Virus record (IMG/VR): IMGVR_UViG_3300017933_000003
Location: 15,653-79,652 of that record
Strand: one strand, 5' to 3'
Length of the DNA stretch: 64,000 nucleotides
DNA from: a virus
Lineage: Duplodnaviria > Caudoviricetes
Part shown: positions 1-6,038 of the stretch, piece by piece
How positions within the stretch are numbered: the stretch's first letter is position 1
Layout: each line of letters opens with the position of its first letter
Made by a program: the position numbers and the translations under genes
Notes under the pieces: model-generated
The model's database searches: none
Told to the model about the DNA's origin: nothing
The model's input: only the letters and a program-made list of their open reading frames with translations

Positions 1-2
1 AG

Positions 3-548
3 ATGATAAAGGCAATTTACCCAGGTTGTTTTGATCCTATAACTTGGGGACATTTGGATATTATCCGGCGTAGCATGCAGTTCTGTGATCAATTAGTGAT
101 CGCGGTGGGCGTTAATTCTGCCAAGAAACCTTTCTTCTCCACAGAAGAGCGTATGAAGCAAATTGATACGGTAGTTAATAATCATATGGACTTCTTGGTT
201 TCTACCAACATTACGGTCACTTCTTTTGAAGGTCTTTTAACTGATTATGCCAAACTAATTAGTGCCAAGATTCTTATTCGTGGCATTAGATCTGTTTCTG
301 ACTTCGAATACGAAATCACTATTGCTAATGCTAACAAGATCTTGGCGCCCAATATCGAAACGGTTTTTCTACCCACCAGCCCTAACCTGGCGGTGGTTTC
401 TTCCTCGGCAGTCAAAGAAATCGGCAAATATGGCGGACCTTTGTCCCATTTTGTTCCGCCCGAAATTGAGAAGGCGGTGAAGACAAAGTTTGGTTTTGCT
501 GAATCTCCCGCCACTGGATTTATAAAATACGGCGACCCACAAAAGTAA
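3..548 (+). CDS. coaD: phosphopantetheine adenylyltransferase
   Basis: IYPGCFDPITWGHLDII (HxGH), LIRGIRSVSDFEYE and SSSAVKE motifs typical of PPAT. Confidence 0.95.
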   Translation: MIKAIYPGCFDPITWGHLDIIRRSMQFCDQLVIAVGVNSAKKPFFSTEERMKQIDTVVNNHMDFLVSTNITVTSFEGLLTDYAKLISAKILIRGIRSVSDFEYEITIANANKILAPNIETVFLPTSPNLAVVSSSAVKEIGKYGGPLSHFVPPEIEKAVKTKFGFAESPATGFIKYGDPQK

Positions 549-563
549 AAATTAGCCAGGGTG

Positions 564-592
564 TTGACAGGGCGGTCAAGTGGGATTATATT
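564..592 (+). promoter_or_regulatory. sigma70-like promoter
   Basis: TTGACA-17 nt-TATATT in intergenic DNA. Confidence 0.6.
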
Positions 593-639
593 GCTTTGAT
601 ATTCGAGGGGAAAGTTAGGCATAAATCGATAATTTTGTT

Positions 640-1146
640 ATGAAGTGTTCTCGATGTGATAGGAACGATCTTACTGAAGAAGATTTTTATAAAACTTCAA
701 GTGGATATCTTTATTCTTTCTGTAAAGTTTGTCATAATAAACAGAGCGCTAAGGCAAAGAAAGCCAGGTATCAGCTTCCTGAAAATAAAATTAAGATGTC
801 TCAAAAAGCTAAGCGGGCGAGACAAAATCCTGAAAAACGAGCAAATGTAATTTTTACAGATTCAAAAAGTTCTGACAAAAAACATAATAGAGAGTTCGAT
901 CTAACAGTAGATTTTATTAAGGAAATTATTAGCGCAGAATGTTCTTATTGTGGTGAAACTGAATTGCAAATGACAGTGGATAGAATAGATAATAATATTG
1001 GTCATTTACAAAACAATGTTGTGGCTTCCTGTATTAGATGTAATTTAATAAGAAAAGCGATGCCATACGAAGCTTGGCTGTGTCTATTGCCGGGTTTGAG
1101 AGAAGCGAGGGAGAAAAAATTATTTGTCGATTGGTTGGGTAAATAG
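640..1146 (+). CDS. HNH-type homing endonuclease with CxxC zinc fingers
   Basis: CSYCG...VDRIDNNIGHLQNNVVASCIRCN. Confidence 0.8.
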   Translation: MKCSRCDRNDLTEEDFYKTSSGYLYSFCKVCHNKQSAKAKKARYQLPENKIKMSQKAKRARQNPEKRANVIFTDSKSSDKKHNREFDLTVDFIKEIISAECSYCGETELQMTVDRIDNNIGHLQNNVVASCIRCNLIRKAMPYEAWLCLLPGLREAREKKLFVDWLGK

Positions 1147-1169
1147 GTGATATAATAATATTTATACAT

Positions 1170-1252
1170 GGGAAGGTAGCTCAGTGTCAGAGCGCAAGGC
1201 GTCCGCAAGGAAAACCTTGAGGTCGGTGGTTTGATTCCATCCCTTCCCACCA
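1170..1252 (+). tRNA. tRNA-Phe-like gene with expanded 15-nt anticodon loop
   Basis: acceptor GGGAAGG/CCTTCCC, ACCA end, D arm GCTC/GAGC, T arm GGTGG-TTTGATT-CCATC; stem CAAGG/CCTTG encloses CGTCCGCAAGGAAAA. Confidence 0.7.
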
Positions 1253-1312
1253 AGCTGAATGCAGATGTGATTACATCGGAAAAATGCAAAATCTCATCAA
1301 CTCTTGTCAGCT
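1253..1312 (+). ncRNA. tRNA-spacer RNA motif, copy 1
   Basis: AGCTGA/TCAGCT closing stem, ATGC, inner stem GATGTGATT/AATCTCATC, ACAT loop start, AACTCTTG. Confidence 0.65.
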
Positions 1313-1317
1313 TTTAT

Positions 1318-1412
1318 GCACCGATAGCTCAGTGTTAGAGCAGCTGGTCAATGTCCGAATAAAAACGGATAAACTTGCAGGTCGTGTGGTTCAACTCCCG
1401 CTCGGTGCCCCA
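1318..1412 (+). tRNA. tRNA-Thr-like gene with hairpin insertion replacing the anticodon loop
   Basis: acceptor GCACCGA/TCGGTGC + CCCA; GAGCAGCTG...GCAGGTC resembles Thr tRNAs; insert TGTCCG-AATAAAAA-CGGATA. Confidence 0.6.
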
Positions 1413-1452
1413 CTTATGGCTTGATTCATGTAAAAGTGAATTGTGCCACCAC

Positions 1453-1510
1453 ACCGAATGCCAGTAGGATTACATACCATAAAAAACAAATCTTACTAAC
1501 TATTGTCGGT
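1453..1510 (+). ncRNA. tRNA-spacer RNA motif, copy 2
   Basis: ACCGA/TCGGT closing stem, ATGC, AGTAGGATT/AATCTTACT, ACAT, AACTATTG. Confidence 0.65.
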
Positions 1511-1512
1511 AT

Positions 1513-1598
1513 GGAGTAGACGAGTCATCGGTAGACTCACCAGTCTGTAAAACTGGCGCCTTTGTGCACTGTGGGTTCGAATCCCTCCTGCTCCACCA
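1513..1598 (+). tRNA. tRNA-Tyr(GTA)
   Basis: cloverleaf, CCAGT-CTGTAAA-ACTGG, long variable arm, TTCGAAT loop, ACCA. Confidence 0.95.
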
Positions 1599-1646
1599 TC
1601 CAGTTCTAAACTGGTTTGTTCGATGACAACTTAATAACTTTTCGTT

Positions 1647-1768
1647 CGGCGATTAGTACAGTCTGGTAGTACGCTTGTTTTGGCTTGTTAATCATAAATA
1701 GTGATGGAATATTCGCTACTTATGACAAGTACAAGAGGTCAGAGGTTCGAATCCTCTATCGCCGACCA
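1647..1768 (+). tRNA. tRNA-Pro(TGG) with 45-nt intron-like insertion (1684-1728)
   Basis: removing 1684-1728 gives a canonical 77-nt tRNA-Pro: CGGCGAT/ATCGCCG, CTTGT-TTTGGGT-ACAAG, AGAGG-TTCGAAT-CCTCT, ACCA. Confidence 0.85.
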
Positions 1769-1907
1769 ACTAGTTTAGCTTCTTTATAGTTTACCTATAA
1801 ACGTGAGATTACTGAACCTCACCACTTTGTGATGCTTAGCATGATAAAAGCCAAATTATAATTGTGGTACTGGTCAACACGCCAGTGAGCTGAATGAATG
1901 TGTTAAT

Positions 1908-1982
1908 CAGAGTGTGGTGTAAGGATAGCATGAGCCGCTTGGAACGGTTCGGAATTCCGTTTGACTCGGATCACTCTGACCA
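1908..1982 (+). tRNA. tRNA-Pro(TGG), divergent
   Basis: CAGAGTG/CACTCTG, AGCCG-CTTGGAA-CGGTT, ACCA. Confidence 0.85.
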
Positions 1983-2019
1983 CTCTATTTCGAAAAGGTA
2001 CGTAGTAATTAAGTTTACC

Positions 2020-2094
2020 GGGGTAGAGCGTTTGCTAAGTATCAATTTATGCAAGTTAGTAAACTTGTGGTGTAGTTCCATTTCTACTCCCTAA
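2020..2094 (+). pseudogene. degenerate tRNA-like element with G3.U70 acceptor stem
   Basis: GGGGTAG/CTACTCC stem and T-like arm; no clear anticodon, no CCA. Confidence 0.35.
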
Positions 2095-2096
2095 TA

Positions 2097-2265
2097 TGCA
2101 ATGGACCAATTAGAGGCTGAACTCTAATAGCGTAATCGGATGCGCTTGATATTCCGATTGGCGGCGGGAAGATAGTATAATAGCTATCCCTCCTGAGATT
2201 GTTAATTGCTCATTAACTAATTAACTTGCAGCCCAGAGCTTCGAGGCGCAGAATATCGAAGCTGC
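2097..2265 (+). ncRNA. unassigned multi-hairpin RNA in tRNA cluster
   Basis: hairpins ATTAGAG/CTCTAAT, AATCGGA/TCCGATT, GTTAAT/ATTAAC, AGCTTCGA/TCGAAGCT; no credible ORF. Confidence 0.4.
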
Positions 2266-2269
2266 TTAT

Positions 2270-2346
2270 TCCTGCTTAGCTCAGTGTTAGAGCATCATCC
2301 GTTATGGGGTGAAGGTCGGTCGGTTCAATTCCACCAGTGGGAGCCA
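2270..2346 (+). tRNA. tRNA-Asn(GTT)-like gene with atypical 8-nt anticodon loop
   Basis: TCCTGCT/AGTGGGA + GCCA; loop CGTTATGG lacks U33. Confidence 0.55.
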
Positions 2347-2349
2347 TAT

Positions 2350-2469
2350 GTTTCAATAGCTTAAGAGTTAAGTAGGCAAGATGATTATTCGCGCGAAACA
2401 AGTCTTGCCGAAGGTAGAGCGCCCTTATTCAATAGGGAGATGGAGGTTCGAATCCTTCTTGAGACACCA
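2350..2469 (+). tRNA. tRNA with ~47-nt hairpin insertion in D loop; anticodon ambiguous (TCA or TTC)
   Basis: GTTTCAA/TTGAGAC + ACCA, GGAGG-TTCGAAT-CCTTC; insert with GGCAAGA/TCTTGCC between GCTTAA and GGTAGAGC. Confidence 0.7.
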
Positions 2470-2524
2470 GGAAACAAATGCCCGAAAGGGATTACATTTT
2501 TATTAGTAAAGCGACATGTTTTCC
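2470..2524 (+). ncRNA. tRNA-spacer RNA motif, compact variant
   Basis: GGAAACA/TGTTTTCC closing stem, AATGC-CCGAAAGGG-ATTACAT. Confidence 0.45.
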
Positions 2525-2547
2525 GAATCGATGATATATGTCATAGT

Positions 2548-3093
2548 ATGAGCACGAAGAAATGCACTCAATGCGGTATTGAAAAAGAATTTTCGGAATT
2601 TAGCCCGAAAGGTAATGGTAAATACGCCAGTCGATGTAAAATTTGTATCGCCGCTAATAAACGCGTAAAATATGTTAGGCACCCAGGGGCGACCCGTCCT
2701 CCTGTTTTAGAAGGAGATACTAAGCGGTGTCGAATCTGTTTAGAAGTGAAAGATATAAGTGAGTTTTATTCTAATAATGGATGTGGCACCCATAGAAATG
2801 AATGCAAATCTTGCCTAATAGACAAAAGAAAAAAGAAATACGATCAAACGCGCCAAATTTTATGGAACTATCTAAAAGAGCATCCGTGTGTAGATTGTAG
2901 TGAAGACGATCCGCTCGTTTTGGAATTTGACCATATTTCGAATAAATTTCAAGAAATTAGTGATCTAATAAGAAATGGATATAATGTAGAAACGATTTTC
3001 AAAGAGATTGAAAAGTGTGAAGTAAGATGTGCCAATTGTCATCGCAGAAAAACTGCGATTCAACTCAATTGGTATAAAGATGTGCAAAAGTAA
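2548..3093 (+). CDS. HNH homing endonuclease
   Basis: repeated CxxC fingers; CVDC...LEFDH...CEVRCANCHRRKT; ATG 2548 preferred over track start inside tRNA. Confidence 0.85.
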   Translation: MSTKKCTQCGIEKEFSEFSPKGNGKYASRCKICIAANKRVKYVRHPGATRPPVLEGDTKRCRICLEVKDISEFYSNNGCGTHRNECKSCLIDKRKKKYDQTRQILWNYLKEHPCVDCSEDDPLVLEFDHISNKFQEISDLIRNGYNVETIFKEIEKCEVRCANCHRRKTAIQLNWYKDVQK

Positions 3094-3098
3094 TTAAC

Positions 3099-3168
3099 GT
3101 CGTTGTAGCATAACCTTCAATGCAGGGGACGCCTAATATGTGTGGTGTAAATCCCACCAACGGCGCCA
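3099..3168 (+). pseudogene. tRNA-like gene lacking a normal anticodon arm
   Basis: GTCGTTG/CAACGGC + GCCA, D stem GCAT/ATGC, T arm present. Confidence 0.5.
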
Positions 3169-3258
3169 AAGATTCCGGTTCTGGTGAAAGTGCGCACAAG
3201 GTTGGTTCGATTCCAACACGGATATCTAGGCAATATGATGCATAGTATTGCCGCCTAT

Positions 3259-3333
3259 TCCTAAGTACCATAAGAGCAATGGACCTCGCTGTTAACGAGT
3301 TATATGTGGGTGCAACCCCTACCTTAGGAGCCA
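3259..3333 (+). tRNA. tRNA-Asn(GTT)
   Basis: TCCTAAG/CTTAGGA + GCCA; CTCG-CTGTTAA-CGAG. Confidence 0.9.
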
Positions 3334-4035
3334 TTATATGAGCGATAATGCTAATTGATTTTTTCTTGGCATAGATAGTTTATGTTCAGGGTAGTATAGC
3401 CAAGTTAATAATTTTTGGGCATTTGAATCATTAAATTGTAGTCGATATTGATTGCAAGTCGCAATGACCTCTTTACCTCTAATGATTGAGTTTTTTGGAC
3501 TCAATGTAATTATGTGGCAGCTAATATTACTTGGTATTAGTGATGATATTTGTTCAATAAATATTTTTGAGGCAGAACACAAATATATTGTTCTTTTAGT
3601 ATACCAGTATTCTTTATTGTTTTTAACTTTCTTATATGGGCACGAGGTAATTGATCCGTCCCCATCAATTAGTCCTCGGATAAAGTCTCGATGATATTTT
3701 TCTGGTATCGTTTTTTCTAATAATAAAGTTTTAGATTTGCGTGGAGTGCACCCATAAGATATGAGCCAACTCATAGCATCAATATCCGAAACTTCTATTG
3801 CGCAGCAATTAAGTCGGTCGTATAATGGCTTGTTAGGACAAATAATATCTCGGATATTTTCAATCCAATCTCTATCTTTAGATATTATACTAAAGGAGAC
3901 GTGATGCTTGGTATCGTTGATATTACCGTCCGTCATATACGCGCCCAATAAATAAAATGAGACATCGTCTTCACGAAGAAACACATCAGAGTTAACGATA
4001 TATTTTCTGACAGTAGCTTTTTTCATAAGTTCCAT
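3334..4035 (-). CDS. LAGLIDADG homing endonuclease
   Basis: YLLGAYMTDGN and FIRGLIDGDGS motifs; AGGAG before ATG at 4035. Confidence 0.9.
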   Translation of the reverse strand: MELMKKATVRKYIVNSDVFLREDDVSFYLLGAYMTDGNINDTKHHVSFSIISKDRDWIENIRDIICPNKPLYDRLNCCAIEVSDIDAMSWLISYGCTPRKSKTLLLEKTIPEKYHRDFIRGLIDGDGSITSCPYKKVKNNKEYWYTKRTIYLCSASKIFIEQISSLIPSNISCHIITLSPKNSIIRGKEVIATCNQYRLQFNDSNAQKLLTWLYYPEHKLSMPRKNQLALSLI

Positions 4036-4114
4036 AGTGGCTCCTAAAACATACACTCGAACTAATATATCAGGCTATGCATAGATTTTCTACCCCAAGA
4101 AAGGTAAAATTAAC

Positions 4115-4279
4115 ATGAGCGCACGTAATGATGCTAATTGGATTATCAGCGCCTCGACTGGTGTGCCAGATCCCCGCACTAGTCAAATTCTTAGGAAAGC
4201 TGGTGAAGCTATTTTAAATCTTGTTAGAGATTTGGAAGATGCTCAAAATGAAATTGAGTCTCTCAAACGAAAAGTGTAA
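4115..4279 (+). CDS. hypothetical protein (54 aa, coiled-coil C-terminus)
   Basis: ATG..TAA frame MSARNDANWII...SLKRKV, below the ORF track size cutoff. Confidence 0.55.
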   Translation: MSARNDANWIISASTGVPDPRTSQILRKAGEAILNLVRDLEDAQNEIESLKRKV

Positions 4280-4291
4280 GCTTAACTTAGG

Positions 4292-4388
4292 TTCCCAATA
4301 ACCTTTTAATATTGGGTGGTGCCCCTCTAACGAGGGCGGGTTTCCAATAACCTTAATGTTGGATGGTGGAGGCGAACAATCGTTCGCC
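4292..4388 (+). repeat. two tandem structured units (hairpin + TGGTG + hairpin)
   Basis: CCCAATA-ACCTTTTAA-TATTGGG-TGGTG and TCCAATA-ACCTTAA-TGTTGGA-TGGTG, each followed by a GC-rich hairpin. Confidence 0.6.
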
Positions 4389-4485
4389 CTTTTATTATCT
4401 CCTCTGCCCAATCTGATTGGGCTATCTTCGGATAGAAAACAGGCTGAAATAATGCTTGAGAGGAGACTATTTTTATGGTGGAACA

Positions 4486-4674
4486 ATGACTATCAGTGAT
4501 GGAAGTCGTGAGTTAAAGCCTGGCAATGTGTTCTATGTGGGAACCGATGAAGGAGAAACGGTTAAGTTTCAATTCCTCCGATATCTCAACGAAGAACAAA
4601 CTAAAGCCGAAGTGGAGTTCCTGTCTGGTCCTAATAAGGGTTTGACTACTATCATGGAAAAAGAGCTTAATTGA
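4486..4674 (+). CDS. hypothetical protein
   Basis: ORF with upstream GGTGGA. Confidence 0.6.
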   Translation: MTISDGSRELKPGNVFYVGTDEGETVKFQFLRYLNEEQTKAEVEFLSGPNKGLTTIMEKELN

Positions 4675-4681
4675 AAAATAT

Positions 4682-4753
4682 CTCCTCCTCGTATAACCAA
4701 TACGCTGCCCTCTAAAAGCAGAAATCAAGGTTAAAATCCCTGGGAGGGGACCA
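4682..4753 (+). tRNA. tRNA with CTA anticodon (amber-suppressor-like)
   Basis: CTCCTCC/GGAGGGG + ACCA; CTGCC-CTCTAAA-AGCAG; short D loop and one T-stem mismatch. Confidence 0.6.
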
Positions 4754-4840
4754 GTCTGTGTATGGTGTAATTAGCACTCTAAATAAGGTTCGATTCCTCT
4801 TTCACGCGCAATTTGATGAAGTCGTGATATATAATATTAT

Positions 4841-5734
4841 ATGAAACCAGATTTCGAGACAAATTGTGGATTTTGTGGAAAACTTTTTATCGTCAAAAGA
4901 AAAAGTTATCTCGATCAAATTAGACGAAACAGTAATCATACTTTTTATTGTAGCGACGAATGTCGTCGTGAAAAAGCTAAGACAGGACAATATATAAATT
5001 GTCTTATTTGTGGCAAAGAAGTTTATAAAAAACTAAATGAAATAGAAGCGGGCGCCCGCTTTTGTTCCTCATCTTGCGCAGCCCAATATAATAATCAAAT
5101 CAGATTAACTACAAAAGGCAAACTTAAAAACTTAATTTGTGCCAAATGTGGTTGTGAGTATATAGGCTCAATTCATACTCCTACATCAACAGGGTTATGT
5201 GATTTGTGTGGTAGTGAGTCTAATTGTATTGATTGTGGTGCAATAATTCACGGGAGTTCTGGCATAAAATATTGTGATTTTTGTAGAACAAAAATAGTTT
5301 CTACTAAAATTAAAAACAGAATTAATAATGGAACTTTATTTTCTAAAGCAATTAAATGTGAATATATGTTCAATGATAAAAAGATAAGGTGCGATTCCAA
5401 ATTAGAGTATGTCTGTCTGACTTATTTTCAATCCACATATGATGTGTTAGATATGAAAAGGGCGGATATGGTAATTGCATATATCTTTGATGAAAAAATA
5501 TGTCATTACTATCCTGATTTTGAGATCTCTTTAAAAGATGGAACCAAATATCTCATAGAATGTAAGGGCGTGGTGGGCAAAAAATTATCAGATAAGTGGC
5601 ACGATTATAATAAAAAAGCAGTAGAGAAGAAAAAAGTTTTAGAAAAATGGTGCCAAGAAAACGGATATATACCGTTTTGGTTCGATCAACAACGGCATAA
5701 TAAGATATATAAAAACACGAAAATAGATGCGTAG
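4841..5734 (+). CDS. zinc-finger plus PD-(D/E)XK (TnsA-like) endonuclease
   Basis: CxxC/FCS repeats; DSKLE...YYPDFEI...YLIECKG. Confidence 0.75.
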   Translation: MKPDFETNCGFCGKLFIVKRKSYLDQIRRNSNHTFYCSDECRREKAKTGQYINCLICGKEVYKKLNEIEAGARFCSSSCAAQYNNQIRLTTKGKLKNLICAKCGCEYIGSIHTPTSTGLCDLCGSESNCIDCGAIIHGSSGIKYCDFCRTKIVSTKIKNRINNGTLFSKAIKCEYMFNDKKIRCDSKLEYVCLTYFQSTYDVLDMKRADMVIAYIFDEKICHYYPDFEISLKDGTKYLIECKGVVGKKLSDKWHDYNKKAVEKKKVLEKWCQENGYIPFWFDQQRHNKIYKNTKIDA

Positions 5735-5800
5735 GACTTCAGCAAATCCATCACATTGTCAATGTGAACCAAGCGGGGGCAGCACCCGTCGCATCTGCCA
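5725..5800 (+). tRNA. tRNA-Asp(GTC)
   Basis: AGATGCG/CGCATCT + GCCA; TCACA-TTGTCAA-TGTGA; T loop GGCAGCA. Confidence 0.85.
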
Positions 5801-5806
5801 AATTAT

Positions 5807-5881
5807 CCGCCATAACGAGCCGGTAGCTCTGTCGGGTCTTATAAATCTGACGGTCAGGTTCAACTCCTGAATGGCGGACCA
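5807..5881 (+). tRNA. tRNA-Ile(TAT)
   Basis: CCGCCAT/ATGGCGG + ACCA; CGGGT-CTTATAA-ATCTG; TCAGG-TTCAACT-CCTGA. Confidence 0.8.
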
Positions 5882-5946
5882 GACGAATGCTCGATTGGGA
5901 TTACATTACTTCAATGAACAAACATCTCAGTCAAAATCTTGTCGTC
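5882..5946 (+). ncRNA. tRNA-spacer RNA motif, copy 3
   Basis: GACGA/TCGTC, ATGC, GATTGGGAT/ATCTCAGTC, TACAT, AAAATCTTG. Confidence 0.65.
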
Positions 5947-5949
5947 AAT

Positions 5950-6023
5950 GGCACTTTAGTTCAATGATAGAACAGACCGCTGAAGACGGTCGGACAACAG
6001 TTTGATTCTGTTAGGTGCCACCA
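5950..6023 (+). tRNA. tRNA-Phe(GAA)
   Basis: GGCACTT/AGGTGCC + ACCA; GACCG-CTGAAGA-CGGTC. Confidence 0.9.
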
Positions 6024-6038
6024 TAAGGTAATATTAAG

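Noticed and set aside
1002-1289. Minus-strand ORFs in the track over tRNA/RNA regions (also 3065-3334, 14721-15026, 15273-15500, 18274-18615, 22460-22678, 32692-32931)
   Set aside because: They are antisense shadows of tRNA or RNase P genes, with typical reverse-tRNA peptides such as WSRRESNP and GFEPATS.
1253-1510. Spacer motif as a CRISPR array or as theta (HDV-like) or twister ribozymes
   Set aside because: There are no identical direct repeats with unique spacers and no cas genes. The 5' strand pairs with the extreme 3' strand, unlike the HDV nested double pseudoknot, and twister core residues could not be matched.
1684-1728. tRNA-Pro insert as a group I intron or canonical archaeal BHB intron
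   Set aside because: It is far too short for a group I core, and the bulges (5 nt and 4 nt, both on the 5' strand) do not match the 3-4-3 bulge-helix-bulge geometry.
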